From assembly GCA_017853275.1 (NCBI GenBank), contig JAFMJV010000009.1, positions 6,787 to 70,786 of the forward strand: a DNA stretch of 64,000 nt, read 5' to 3'. This DNA is from Chloroflexota bacterium (GTDB lineage Bacteria > Chloroflexota > Limnocylindria > Limnocylindrales > CSP1-4). Positions 28,217 to 37,995 of the stretch are shown one piece after another; positions within the stretch are counted from its first letter, which is position 1, and each line of letters opens with the position of its first letter. A model generated the notes under the pieces. It saw only the letters and a program-made list of their open reading frames with translations. It was not told the origin of the DNA and ran no database searches. Made by a program: the position numbers and the translations under genes.

Positions 28217-29554
28217 ATGTTCGATTCCCTCTCCGATCGCCTGCGCGGTGTCCTCGGCTCCCTGACCGGTCGCGGCCGGATCACGCCGGAGGATGTGGAC
28301 GCGGCGATGCGCGAGGTCCGCCTCGCCCTCCTCGAAGCCGACGTCAACTTCCGCGTCGTCAAGGAGTTCGTCGCCCGCGTGAAGGAGCGCGCGGTCGGCG
28401 TCGAGGTGATCGAGAACGTCAACGCCGGCCAGATGGTCGTGAAGATCGTCCACGAGGAGCTGACGGCGATCCTCGGGGCCGGGGACCGGACCTTCCGGCT
28501 CACCGGCTCGCCCGCCGTGATCATGCTCGTCGGCCTCCAGGGCTCGGGCAAGACGACCTCCGCCGCCAAGCTCGCCCGGCAGATCGTCCGGATGGGCCGC
28601 CAGCCGCTCCTCGTCGCCGCCGACCCCTACCGGCCTGCCGCCGTGGACCAGCTGATCACCCTCGGGCGCTCGATCGAGATCCCCGTCCACAGCGCGCCCG
28701 CCGGCACGCCGGTCGTGGAGATCGCACGGGGCGGGATCGCGGAGGCGCGCCGGACCGGCCGGGACGTGGTCATCCTGGACACCGCCGGCCGGCTCCAGGT
28801 GGACGAGGCGCTGATGGCGGAGATCCGCGGCGTCTCGGAGGTCGTGGCGCCGTGCGAGGTCCTCCTCGTCGTGGACGCGATGGTCGGCCAGGAGGCGGTC
28901 CCGGTCGCGGAGGCCTTCCGGGACGCGGTCGGTGTGACGGGGCTCATCCTCACCAAGGTGGACGGCGACGCGCGCGGTGGCGCCGCGCTCTCGATCAGCG
29001 CCGTCACCGGCGTCCCGGTGAAGTTCATCGGCGTCGGCGAGCGGACGGACGCCCTCGAGGTCTTCCACCCCGACCGGCTCGCCGGGCGCATCCTCGGGAT
29101 GGGCGATGTCCTCACGCTCGTGGAGAAGGCGCAGGAAGCCTTCGACGAGAAGCAGGCCGAGAAGATGGCGGAGAAGCTGCGCAAGAACAGCTTCACGCTG
29201 GAAGACTTCCTCGATCAGATGCAGCAGCTGAAGAAGATGGGCCCGATCGGCTCGCTCCTCTCCATGGTCCCGGGGATGGGCGGCGCCGCCAAGGAGGCCC
29301 AGGCCGCGGTCGATCGCGGCGAGCTGAAGCGGACGGAGGCGATCATCCGCGCGATGACGCCCGCCGAGCGGCGCGATCCCGGGATCCTCAACGCATCGCG
29401 CCGGCGCCGGATCGCGAACGGCTCGGGGACCTCCCTGCAGGAGGTGAACCGGCTCGTGAAGCAGTTCGGCGAGATGCAGAAGCTGATGCGCCAGCTCTCC
29501 GGCGGTGGCGGCAAGCGGCCGGGGATCCCCGGTCTCCCCATGGGCCGCCGCTGA
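28217..29554 (+). CDS. ffh: signal recognition particle protein Ffh
   Basis: MFDSLSDRL N-terminus, GLQGSGKTT, DTAGR, Met-rich M domain. ATG 28217 lies 8 nt after a TAGACT box. Confidence 0.95.
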   Translation: MFDSLSDRLRGVLGSLTGRGRITPEDVDAAMREVRLALLEADVNFRVVKEFVARVKERAVGVEVIENVNAGQMVVKIVHEELTAILGAGDRTFRLTGSPAVIMLVGLQGSGKTTSAAKLARQIVRMGRQPLLVAADPYRPAAVDQLITLGRSIEIPVHSAPAGTPVVEIARGGIAEARRTGRDVVILDTAGRLQVDEALMAEIRGVSEVVAPCEVLLVVDAMVGQEAVPVAEAFRDAVGVTGLILTKVDGDARGGAALSISAVTGVPVKFIGVGERTDALEVFHPDRLAGRILGMGDVLTLVEKAQEAFDEKQAEKMAEKLRKNSFTLEDFLDQMQQLKKMGPIGSLLSMVPGMGGAAKEAQAAVDRGELKRTEAIIRAMTPAERRDPGILNASRRRRIANGSGTSLQEVNRLVKQFGEMQKLMRQLSGGGGKRPGIPGLPMGRR

Positions 29555-29636
29555 TCCCTCTCCCGGTGCGGGGAGGCGACGCCGGTGGATCCGCCGGGTG
29601 CGCCCCGCACGGCAGGCTCTTGCGCCCCGTGCGAAG

Positions 29637-31367
29637 ATGCGGTCCATGAGCAAGACGCACCTCCTCCGCACCCGCCGTGCGATCGCCGTCACGGCGTCGG
29701 TCGCGCTCTCCCTCTCCCTCGTCGCGATCCCCGCGGCACCCGTCCTCGCGGCGCCCGGCGACGGCCCGGTCTTCCTGCCGGAGGATTCGGTCGCCTTCGC
29801 CGAGCTGCGCCTCGACCTCCCGGGTGACCAGCAGGAGAACGCGATCGCCTTCCTCGGCCGGATCCCCGGCTTCCCGGCGGATGGCGGCATCGAGGGGGTC
29901 GCCGGCCTGATCCGCGACGCCTTCGCGGCCGGCGGGGACGAGGAGACCCCGATGGGCGCGGGCAGCTGGGACTGGGTGGACGGCTCCCTGATGATCGGCC
30001 TCCCGGAGCTCCCGCCGCTCGACACCCTGATGGCGGCCACGGAAGGCGAGATGGAGGCTGCCGCCGGGATCGAGCGGCCCTACGCGATCGCCGCGATCGG
30101 GATCGCCGACCGCGCCGCCTTCGATGCCGAATGGCCCGCCATCTGGGACGGGATCGGCGAGGCGGACGCCTCCGAGGAGTACGCGGGAACCACGATCTGG
30201 ACGACCGAGGACGAGGGCGAGACGACGGTCGCGGCCGTCGCCGGCGACCTCCTCCTCCTGGGCATGGACCGGGACCGGGTCGCGGCGGCGATCGACCGCG
30301 TGGCGGCCGGTGGCCCCTCCCTTGCGACGTCGGCGGCCTACGCGGATGCGGTCGCGGGTCTCCCGGCCGATCGCGTCGGGACGCTCTACATCAACACCGG
30401 CCGCCTGCGCGACGAGCTCGGCGCCCAGGTGACCGAGATGCTCGCCCAGGGGCTCGAGGTCGGCGATCAGGCCGCCCAGCTCCAGGATCAGCTCGCCGCG
30501 CTCCCCGCCTCGGTCGTGGGGGCCATCCGGCTCGATCCGGACCACATCACGGCGGCGCTCTCGGGGTCGATCGCGGAGTCGCCGATGACCGCGCCGGTCG
30601 GGACCTCGGACCTCGCGACCCGGATGCCCGCCGATACCATCCTCTATCTCGAGTCGCGCGATCTCGGGACGATCCTGAAGGAGGGCCTCGCGCAGGCGCG
30701 GCCGCTCCTCGCCGCGGACGAGGAGACGGAGGCGAGCCTCCAGCAGATCGAGGCGCTCCTCGGGGCGAACCTCGAGGATCTCCTCTCCTGGGCGGGTGAT
30801 CTCGCCCTCGGCGTGACGGTCGGCGAGGCAGGCCCCTCCTTCGGCCTCGTGGCCGACGTCACGGACGAGGCCGCCGCGGACGAGCGGATCAACGGGCTTC
30901 TCGCGCTCATCCGGATGTTCGCGGCCGGCGGCGAGGACTCGCCGATCACCGTGGACCAGGAGGTCGTGGGGGAGATCACGGTCACCACGCTCGCGCTCAC
31001 CGATGCCTCCGGGATGACGGAGGGCCTCCCGGTGGAGGCGAGCATCTCCGTGGCCCTCGGTGGCGGGCACTTCTACCTCGGCCTCGGCGACTTCGCCCGC
31101 GGTGCCCTGGAGCAGGACCCGGCCACCTCGCTCGCCGCGAGCCCGGCGTTCGCGCAGGCGATCGACCCGCTCGGTGAGAACGGCGGGTTCCTGTGGACCG
31201 ACCTCGCGTCCGCGATCGGGCTCGCAGCGCTCACGATGGACCCCGCGGAGGCCGCGGACTTCGAAGCGCAGGCGGGCATCCTCGCGGACGTCCTCGGGCC
31301 CCTCGTCGCCTATCTCGACGCCGAGGATGGCGTGGGCACCGCGGCGATCCAGATCTACCTGCGCTGA
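29637..31367 (+). CDS. secreted acidic protein of unknown function (DUF3352-like)
   Basis: Sec-type signal peptide (RRAIAVTASVALSLSLVAIPAAPVLA/AP). About 575 aa, Asp/Glu/Ala-rich. Length and N-terminal pattern recall DUF3352, from memory and not searched. ATG 29637 or 29646. Confidence 0.6.
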   Translation: MRSMSKTHLLRTRRAIAVTASVALSLSLVAIPAAPVLAAPGDGPVFLPEDSVAFAELRLDLPGDQQENAIAFLGRIPGFPADGGIEGVAGLIRDAFAAGGDEETPMGAGSWDWVDGSLMIGLPELPPLDTLMAATEGEMEAAAGIERPYAIAAIGIADRAAFDAEWPAIWDGIGEADASEEYAGTTIWTTEDEGETTVAAVAGDLLLLGMDRDRVAAAIDRVAAGGPSLATSAAYADAVAGLPADRVGTLYINTGRLRDELGAQVTEMLAQGLEVGDQAAQLQDQLAALPASVVGAIRLDPDHITAALSGSIAESPMTAPVGTSDLATRMPADTILYLESRDLGTILKEGLAQARPLLAADEETEASLQQIEALLGANLEDLLSWAGDLALGVTVGEAGPSFGLVADVTDEAAADERINGLLALIRMFAAGGEDSPITVDQEVVGEITVTTLALTDASGMTEGLPVEASISVALGGGHFYLGLGDFARGALEQDPATSLAASPAFAQAIDPLGENGGFLWTDLASAIGLAALTMDPAEAADFEAQAGILADVLGPLVAYLDAEDGVGTAAIQIYLR

Positions 31368-31370
31368 CCG

Positions 31371-31379
31371 TGGTACCGT
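31371..31379 (+). promoter_or_regulatory. candidate extended -10 TGGTACCGT upstream of rpsP
   Basis: Fits the TGnTAnnnT pattern seen elsewhere in the window. About 100-nt leader to GTG 31485. Confidence 0.3.
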
Positions 31380-31484
31380 TCGCCTGACCAGAGACCCGGC
31401 ATGGGCCGGGGACCGCATGCTCTGCGTGTCGCGTCCCCGGCCTGCCTGACCATCACCGAACCCGACCTGGAGGATCCTTCGCCC

Positions 31485-31739
31485 GTGGCAGTCCGCATCC
31501 GTCTCACCCGCATGGGGGCGACGAAGCAGCCCTCGTACCGGTTCGTCGTCGCCGACAGCCGCAACGCACGGGACGGCCGCTCGCTCGACATCCTCGGCCA
31601 CTACGACCCGCGCAAGGATCCGGTCGAGATCAACGTCGACGCCGAGAAGGCGACGCGCTGGATGCAGCAGGGCGCCAAGCCCTCGGCCACCGTCGAGCGC
31701 CTCTTCCGTCGCGTCGGCATCCTGCCGGACCTCGGCTGA
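31485..31739 (+). CDS. rpsP: 30S ribosomal protein S16
   Basis: VAVRIRLTRMGATKQPSYRFVVADSRNARDG. GTG 31485 after the GGAGGA SD (31469-31474). Confidence 0.93.
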   Translation: MAVRIRLTRMGATKQPSYRFVVADSRNARDGRSLDILGHYDPRKDPVEINVDAEKATRWMQQGAKPSATVERLFRRVGILPDLG

Positions 31740-31741
31740 CG

Positions 31742-31975
31742 ATGGCCGCGGCAGAGCTCGTCGCCTACGTCGCCCGCTCCCTCGTCGACGACCCGGACGC
31801 GGTCGCCGTCTCCGTCGTCCGTGACGGTGATGTGCAGGTCATCGAGCTGCACGTCGCCGAGGACGACATGGGGAAGGTGATCGGCCGCAACGGCAGCGTC
31901 GCCAAGGCGATGCGCACCCTGCTCAAGGTCGTCTCCGCCCGCGAGGGGGAGCCGATCTCGCTGGAGATCGTCTAG
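31742..31975 (+). CDS. khpA: KH domain RNA-binding protein (UPF0109 / KhpA)
   Basis: 77 aa. GKVIGRNGSVAKAMRTLL KH GXXG motif. Conserved position after rpsP. Confidence 0.88.
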   Translation: MAAAELVAYVARSLVDDPDAVAVSVVRDGDVQVIELHVAEDDMGKVIGRNGSVAKAMRTLLKVVSAREGEPISLEIV

Positions 31976-31980
31976 CCCTC

Positions 31981-32607
31981 GTGGCCGCTGCTCGCGCAGA
32001 GCGTCTCGTCGTCGCCCTCGTCCGCGGCCTCCACGGCCTGCGCGGGGCCGTCCGGCTCGAGATCCTCAGCGACGACCCGGACCGCTTCCGGCCGGGATCC
32101 GTCCTCCATCCGGAGGGCGCTTCCAGCCCCCTGACGATCGAATGGGCCCACCGCGACGGGCCCGGTCTTCTCGTGCGCTTCGCGGAGATCCCGTCGCGCG
32201 AAGCGGCGGAGCAGCTGCGCGACCGCTACCTCGAGATCGACGCCACGGGTGAGTCCCTTCCGGAGGGTGCCTGGTACTGGCATGAGGTCGAGGGTGCCCG
32301 CGTGACCACGACGGATGGGCGCGAGCTGGGGACGGTCCACGAGGTCTTCCGTGCCGGCGAGAACGAGGTCTTCGTCGTCCGCGGCGGGAAGTCCGGCGAG
32401 GTCCTCATCCCCGCGGTGCGCGCCGTGATCGTCGAGATGGCACCGCGGGAGGGCCGGATCGTCGTGGATGCGGACGCGCTCGCCCTGGACGAGCCGGACG
32501 AGCAGCCACGACCGAGAGGCCGCCGGAGCGTCAACGCCGCGCGCCGGGGGAGACCGCTCACGAGCGCGCCGGAGCCGGAAGGCGGATCGGACGCCCCGGG
32601 GTCGTGA
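31981..32607 (+). CDS. rimM: 16S rRNA processing protein RimM
   Basis: [19 protein letters not shown]-terminal barrel, PRC barrel C domain, basic C-terminal tail. Confidence 0.9.
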   Translation: MAAARAERLVVALVRGLHGLRGAVRLEILSDDPDRFRPGSVLHPEGASSPLTIEWAHRDGPGLLVRFAEIPSREAAEQLRDRYLEIDATGESLPEGAWYWHEVEGARVTTTDGRELGTVHEVFRAGENEVFVVRGGKSGEVLIPAVRAVIVEMAPREGRIVVDADALALDEPDEQPRPRGRRSVNAARRGRPLTSAPEPEGGSDAPGS

Positions 32608-33314
32608 CCCTCCGGATCGACGTCATCACGATCTTCCCGGCGCTCTTCCCCGGACCGCTCGGGGATTCGATCCCGGGCCGGGCGCTCGCCCGCGGCCTCG
32701 CGGAGCTCCACGTCCACGACCTGCGGGACTGGGGGATCGGGCGGCATCGGAGCGTGGACGACTATCCCTATGGCGGGGGAGCGGGGATGGTGATGCGCCC
32801 GGAGCCGATCGCCGCAGCCCTGGACCACGTGGCGCCTCCGGCCGAGGGGACCCGGCGGATCCTCCTCGATCCCGGTGGACGCCCCTTCGACCAGGCGCTC
32901 GCGCGCGAGCTCGCGGGGCTCTCCCGGCTCGTCTTCGTCTGCCCCCGCTACGAGGGCGTGGACGACCGGGTGCGCTCCCTCGTCGACCTGGAGCTCTCGA
33001 TCGGGGACTACGTGCTCTCGGGCGGCGAGCTCGGCGCGCTCGTCGTGGCGGATGCGGTCATCCGGCTCCTCCCGGGCGCGATCGATGCCGCCTCCCCCGT
33101 GGAGGAATCGTTCAGCGAGGGGCTCCTCGAATACCCCCAGTACACGCGGCCGGCGGAGTTCCGCGGCATGCAGGTCCCGGAGATCCTCCTCTCCGGGAAC
33201 CATGGCGAGGTCGCGCGCTGGCGGGCAGCCCGGGCGCTCGAGCGGACACGTCGGGTCCGGCCGGACCTGCTCCCGGATGAGGGTGCGGGAGGGGAGGAGA
33301 CAGCGCCGCGCTAA
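32604..33314 (+). CDS. trmD: tRNA (guanine37-N1)-methyltransferase
   Basis: ITIFPALF..., [18 protein letters not shown] knot motifs. GTGA overlap with rimM. Confidence 0.94.
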   Translation: MTLRIDVITIFPALFPGPLGDSIPGRALARGLAELHVHDLRDWGIGRHRSVDDYPYGGGAGMVMRPEPIAAALDHVAPPAEGTRRILLDPGGRPFDQALARELAGLSRLVFVCPRYEGVDDRVRSLVDLELSIGDYVLSGGELGALVVADAVIRLLPGAIDAASPVEESFSEGLLEYPQYTRPAEFRGMQVPEILLSGNHGEVARWRAARALERTRRVRPDLLPDEGAGGEETAPR

Positions 33315-33316
33315 GG

Positions 33317-33325
33317 TGCTATCCT
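33317..33325 (+). promoter_or_regulatory. candidate extended -10 TGCTATCCT (rplS promoter)
   Basis: Lies immediately after the trmD stop. GAGACA sits 17 nt upstream. The same 9-mer occurs at 34991 and 52411. Confidence 0.45.
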
Positions 33326-33408
33326 CCGCCATCGACCAGCGACCGGAGCGCACTGCGCTCGCGTGCGCCCCGCGTTCCGGGGCCCAGATCATCCGGAGAG
33401 AGACCGAC

Positions 33409-33753
33409 GTGACCCTGCTCCAAGAGCTCGTGGCCCATCAGATCCGAACCGACCTTCCCGAGCTGGCCACCGGTGACACCGTCCGCGTCTCCGTGAAGGT
33501 CATCGAGGGGAACCGGGAGCGTGTCCAGGTCTTCGAGGGCACGATCCTTCGCCAGACCGGCAGCGGGATCACCCGCTCGATCACCGTGCGCGCCCTGCGC
33601 AGCGGCGTCGGCGTGGAGCGGACCTTCAAGGTGAACTCCCCGCGCATCGAGAAGATCGAGGTCGTTCGGCACGGCGTCGTGCGCCGCGCCCGCCTCTACT
33701 TCCTCCGTGACCGCGTCGGCAAGGCCGCCACGCTTCGCGAGCGCCGCGCCTGA
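33409..33753 (+). CDS. rplS: 50S ribosomal protein L19
   Basis: GDTVRVSVKVIEGNRERVQVFEGTIL.. typical L19. GTG 33409 inside ORF 32875..33753. Confidence 0.93.
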   Translation: MTLLQELVAHQIRTDLPELATGDTVRVSVKVIEGNRERVQVFEGTILRQTGSGITRSITVRALRSGVGVERTFKVNSPRIEKIEVVRHGVVRRARLYFLRDRVGKAATLRERRA

Positions 33754-33792
33754 CCGTCGCCCGCCGGCATCCGGGCGGGCAGGGATCGTTCC

Positions 33793-34488
33793 GTGGTCCG
33801 CGATCCGGACCGCACCGCCGAGGCCGTGCTCTGGGAGCGCGGCCTTTCGCGTGTCGTGGGGATCGATGAGGCGGGGATGGGTGCGCTCGCCGGTGCCGTC
33901 GTCGCCGCGGCCGTCCTGACCCGCCCGGGGGAGCCGGCGATCCCCGGTGTCCGTGATTCCAAGATGCTCTCCGCCGCCCGGCGCGTCCTGCTCGCGGAAC
34001 GGATCCACCGGGAGGCGGCCGCGGTCGGGATCGGCGCGGCATCACCCGCGGAGATCGGCAGGCTCGGGATCCGCCACGCGACCCACCTCGCGATGCGCCG
34101 TGCGATCGGGCGGATCCCCGCACCCGACCATGTCCTGGTGGACGGCCTGCCCGCGCCGGAGCTGGGGGCGATCCTCGGACCCTTCACGGCGATCGTCCGC
34201 GGGGATGCCTCGTCCTATCCGATCGCCTGCGCCTCGATCGTGGCCAAGGTGACCCGGGATGCCCTGATGGACCGGTTGTCCCTTCGCTATCCCGGCTACG
34301 GCTGGGATCGGAACGCGGGCTACGGGACCGCGGACCACCTCGCGGCGCTCGCGCGGCTCGGGCCGACCGTCGTCCACCGGGCCGGCTTCGCGCCCGTCCG
34401 TGCCGCGGCCGCCGGCTCTCCGGAGCAGCTCGGGCTCGACCTGGAGAGCCCGGCCGCGTCCGCTCCTCCGTCATCCACCGGCCGGTAA
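33793..34488 (+). CDS. rnhB: ribonuclease HII
   Basis: VVGIDEAGMGALAGAVVAAAV catalytic DE motif, DSKMLS, RNase HII core. Confidence 0.92.
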   Translation: MVRDPDRTAEAVLWERGLSRVVGIDEAGMGALAGAVVAAAVLTRPGEPAIPGVRDSKMLSAARRVLLAERIHREAAAVGIGAASPAEIGRLGIRHATHLAMRRAIGRIPAPDHVLVDGLPAPELGAILGPFTAIVRGDASSYPIACASIVAKVTRDALMDRLSLRYPGYGWDRNAGYGTADHLAALARLGPTVVHRAGFAPVRAAAAGSPEQLGLDLESPAASAPPSSTGR

Positions 34489-34524
34489 GGGAAGAAGAAG
34501 GGCCCGGCTCCATCCTCCATCCGG

Positions 34525-34986
34525 ATGGACGCACGATCGAACGAGCCCCCGCGGACCCTCCGTCAGCGGCGGGGCGCCGCCGCGGAGGCGCTGGTGGCGG
34601 AGATGCTGGCAGCAGCAGGCTGGAGGCTCCTCGGCCGTGGTGTCCGGGTCGGGCGCGGCGAGCTCGATCTCGTGGGCGTCGATCCCGGACCGCCCGCGAT
34701 GCTCGTCTTCGTGGAGGTCCGGTCCGTCGCCACGGGACGCTTCGGGTCGCCCCTCGAGTCCGTGACGCGGGGGAAGCTGGAGCGGACGTGGCTCGCCGCC
34801 GGCGGACTGCTCTCGCGTGGCATCCTCCCGGATGGGTCGCCCCTCCCCGGGCTGCCCTGGCGGGTCGATCTCGTGGGCGTGGAGACGGGGGCGCGCGGGG
34901 ATCACCTTCCTTCCGGCCCGCGGATCACCCATCACCGTGCGCTCGCTCCGGAGGGGTCCCACGGTCGGGGGTGGCGCCGCCGCTGA
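34525..34986 (+). CDS. yraN: YraN family (UPF0102) endonuclease-like protein
   Basis: GELDLVGVD...LVFVEVRS restriction-endonuclease-like core. Conserved position after rnhB. Confidence 0.82.
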   Translation: MDARSNEPPRTLRQRRGAAAEALVAEMLAAAGWRLLGRGVRVGRGELDLVGVDPGPPAMLVFVEVRSVATGRFGSPLESVTRGKLERTWLAAGGLLSRGILPDGSPLPGLPWRVDLVGVETGARGDHLPSGPRITHHRALAPEGSHGRGWRRR

Positions 34987-34990
34987 CGCG

Positions 34991-34999
34991 TGCTATCCT
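34991..34999 (+). promoter_or_regulatory. candidate extended -10 TGCTATCCT (rpsB promoter)
   Basis: Identical 9-mer just after the yraN stop. About 150-nt leader to ATG 35158. Confidence 0.45.
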
Positions 35000-35157
35000 T
35001 TCGCGCGGCCCGCCACCGGGCCGTCGACCGTGCCCATCCGGGCATGGATCACACACACGCGCCGCTCCCCGCGGGGGTGCCGGAGGCTGCCGGATGCAGC
35101 GCCGGTCCGTGGATCACGAGGCGCGTGGCGGAAGAACCGACCAGGAGGCTTCGTCCC

Positions 35158-36033
35158 ATGCCGCAGATCTCGATGCGCCAGCTCCTCGAGGCCGGTGTCC
35201 ACTTCGGACACCAGACCCGCCGCTGGAACCCCCGGATGCGCCCGTACATCTACGCGGAGCGCAACGGCATCCACATCATCGACCTCGCCCAGACGGTCAA
35301 GGGCCTGGAGACCGCGCTCGCGTTCGTCTCCGAGACGGTCGCCGCCGGCGAGAGCATCCTCTTCGTGGGCACGAAGAAGCAGGCCCAGGAGCCGGTGATG
35401 GAGGAGGCGGTCCGCGCCGGGATGCCCTGGGTCAACCAGCGCTGGCTCGGCGGGATGCTCACGAACTTCGTCACGATCCGGAAGCGGATCGGCCTCCTCG
35501 ACCAGCTCGAGGCGCGCCAGGCGGCGGGTGACTTCGACCGCCTCACGAAGAAGGAAGCCTCGCTCCTCACGGACGAGATGACCCGCCTCCAGATCAAGCT
35601 CGGCGGCATGCGCAAGATGCGCCGGGTGCCGGGGGCGATCTTCGTCATCGACCCGCACCGCGAGCACATCGCGGTCACCGAGGCCCGCAAGCTGGAGATC
35701 CCGGTGATCGGGACGGGTGACACGAACGTGGACCCGGACCAGCTCGACTTCGTGATCCCCGCCAACGACGACGCGATCCGCGCGATCCGGCTCCTCTGCC
35801 GGCTCGTCGCCGATGCCGCCATCGAGGGCGCTGCGCAGCGCGCGGTCCGGGTGGCTGCCGAGCCGGTCGCCGAGCCCGAGGTCACGGAGGACGAGGAGGC
35901 GAGCGACGAGCTCGTCGCCGCGCTTGCGGCCGGTGGCACCTTCAGCTTCGCCCCGGATGCGGATGACGACCTCCTGCCCGGCCTCCCCGCCGAGGCTGCC
36001 GAGGAGCCCGCGCCGCCGGCCCAGCCCGCCTGA
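35158..36033 (+). CDS. rpsB: 30S ribosomal protein S2
   Basis: [33 protein letters not shown] 35143-35148. Acidic C-terminal extension. ORF-track start 34990 rejected. Confidence 0.94.
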   Translation: MPQISMRQLLEAGVHFGHQTRRWNPRMRPYIYAERNGIHIIDLAQTVKGLETALAFVSETVAAGESILFVGTKKQAQEPVMEEAVRAGMPWVNQRWLGGMLTNFVTIRKRIGLLDQLEARQAAGDFDRLTKKEASLLTDEMTRLQIKLGGMRKMRRVPGAIFVIDPHREHIAVTEARKLEIPVIGTGDTNVDPDQLDFVIPANDDAIRAIRLLCRLVADAAIEGAAQRAVRVAAEPVAEPEVTEDEEASDELVAALAAGGTFSFAPDADDDLLPGLPAEAAEEPAPPAQPA

Positions 36034-36077
36034 CGCACGACCCACCCAGCGGATCCAGCGAGGAACGAGGACCCGAG

Positions 36078-36674
36078 ATGGCGATCACATCAGAGCTCGT
36101 CAAGGAGCTGCGCGAGCGCACCGGCGCCGGCTTCATGGACTGCAAGCGTGCGCTCGAGGAGACGAACGGCGACCTCGAGACCGCGGTGACGAACCTGCGC
36201 GAGCGTGGCGTCGCCGCGGCCGCGAAGAAGGCCGGACGCGATGCCCGCGAGGGCGTCGTCTCCAGCTACATCCATGCCGGTGGCCGGCTGGGTGTCCTCC
36301 TCGAGGTGAACTGCGAGACCGACTTCGTCGCCCGGAACGAGGACTTCCAGAAGCTCGTCCGTGACATCGGGATGCAGATCGCGGGGCTCGCCCCGCTCTA
36401 CACCACGATCGAGGCGATCCCGGCCGCGGACCTGGAAGCGAAGAAGCGCGAGCTCCTCGAGGACGAGGCGCTGGCGAAGAAGCCGGAGAACATCCGGGAG
36501 CAGATCGTCCAGGGCCAGCTGAAGAAGTGGTTCGGCCAGGTCGTCCTCTACGAGCAGCCCTTCCGGGACTCGGAGATGACGGTCGGCCAGCTGGTCACGG
36601 AGTCGATCGCGAAGATCGGCGAGAACATCCGCGTCCGCCGCTTCGTCCGCTACCAGCTCGGGGAGGAGATGTGA
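36078..36674 (+). CDS. tsf: elongation factor Ts (short form)
   Basis: UBA-like N-terminus [21 protein letters not shown], 198 aa. Confidence 0.94.
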   Translation: MAITSELVKELRERTGAGFMDCKRALEETNGDLETAVTNLRERGVAAAAKKAGRDAREGVVSSYIHAGGRLGVLLEVNCETDFVARNEDFQKLVRDIGMQIAGLAPLYTTIEAIPAADLEAKKRELLEDEALAKKPENIREQIVQGQLKKWFGQVVLYEQPFRDSEMTVGQLVTESIAKIGENIRVRRFVRYQLGEEM

Positions 36675-37441
36675 CCGACCCCGCTTCGGCGGCGGGGCGT
36701 CCCGGAGGCCCCGGGCGTCGCGGCCGCTACGAGCGGATCCTCCTCAAGATCTCGGGCGAGGCGCTCCTCGGGGATCGGGCCTACGGGGTCGATCCCGACG
36801 TCTGCACCTTCATCGCCCGCCAGGTCGGTGCGCTGCGCGCCGAGGGGGTCGAGGTCGCCATCGTCGTGGGTGGCGGGAACATCTTCCGTGGGCTTGCGGC
36901 CGCAGCCCGCGGGATGGACCGGGCCACCGGAGACTACATGGGGATGCTCGCCACGGTGATGAACGCGCTCGCGCTCCAGGACGCCCTGGAGAAGGAGTCG
37001 GTGGACACCCGGGTGATGAGCGCGATCGCGATGAACGAGGTCGCCGAGCCCTACATCCGGCGGCGCGCGATGCGCCACCTGGAGAAGGGGAGGGTCGTCA
37101 TCCTCGCCGCGGGGACCGGCAACCCGTACTTCACCACGGATACCGCCGCCGCCCTCCGCGCCGTGGAGATCGGCGCGCAGGTCATGTTCAAGGCCACCAA
37201 GGTGGACGGCGTCTACACGGCGGATCCCACGAAGGATCCGACCGCCCGCCGGCACGACATCCTGACCTACGGCCAGGTCCTGACGGACCGGCTCGAGGTC
37301 CTCGATCTCACGGCGGTCACGCTCTGCCAGGAGAACGACCTGCCGATCGTCGTCTTCGACATGAACCGGCCGGACAATATCCGCCGTGCCGCCATGGGCG
37401 AGCCGGTGGGCACCCTGATCCACGGAGGTGAGCCCCGATGA
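36671..37441 (+). CDS. pyrH: UMP kinase
   Basis: [21 protein letters not shown] amino-acid-kinase motifs. GTG 36671 in a GTGA overlap with tsf. Confidence 0.93.
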   Translation: MTDPASAAGRPGGPGRRGRYERILLKISGEALLGDRAYGVDPDVCTFIARQVGALRAEGVEVAIVVGGGNIFRGLAAAARGMDRATGDYMGMLATVMNALALQDALEKESVDTRVMSAIAMNEVAEPYIRRRAMRHLEKGRVVILAAGTGNPYFTTDTAAALRAVEIGAQVMFKATKVDGVYTADPTKDPTARRHDILTYGQVLTDRLEVLDLTAVTLCQENDLPIVVFDMNRPDNIRRAAMGEPVGTLIHGGEPR

Positions 37442-37995
37442 GCGGTAGCGCGCGCCAGGAGATCGACGCCCGGATGGAACGGGCCGTCGAGGCGATGGAC
37501 CACGACTTCAACGCGGTGCGCACGGGCCGGGCCTCGACCTCGCTCGTGGAGCACATCCACGTGGAGGCCTACGGGGCGATCACGCCGCTCAACCAGCTGG
37601 CGGGGATCAGCGTCCCGGAGGCGCACCAGATCGTCATCCAGCCGTGGGACCGGAGCGTCCTCCAGGCGATCGAGAAGGCGATCATGAAGAGCGAGATCGG
37701 CCTCGTCCCCAACGTGGACGGCATGGTCATCCGCCTGAACATCCCGCCCCTCACCGGTGAGCGCCGCAAGGAGCTCGTCAAGGTCATCCACAAGCGGATG
37801 GAAGAGGCCAAGGTCGAGATCCGCAACCACCGCCGGGATGCCACGGATGAGCTGCGCAAGGCGGAGCGTGACGGCGAGATCGGCTCGGACGAGGCGCGCC
37901 GCGAGCAGGAGCGGATCGAGAAGGTCACCCATCGCTGGACCGACGAGGTCGACCGGGTCGGGAAGGCGAAGGAGCAGGAGATCCTGGAGGTCTAG
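37438..37995 (+). CDS. frr: ribosome recycling factor
   Basis: 185 aa, typical RRF. ATGA overlap with pyrH. Confidence 0.94.
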   Translation: MSGSARQEIDARMERAVEAMDHDFNAVRTGRASTSLVEHIHVEAYGAITPLNQLAGISVPEAHQIVIQPWDRSVLQAIEKAIMKSEIGLVPNVDGMVIRLNIPPLTGERRKELVKVIHKRMEEAKVEIRNHRRDATDELRKAERDGEIGSDEARREQERIEKVTHRWTDEVDRVGKAKEQEILEV

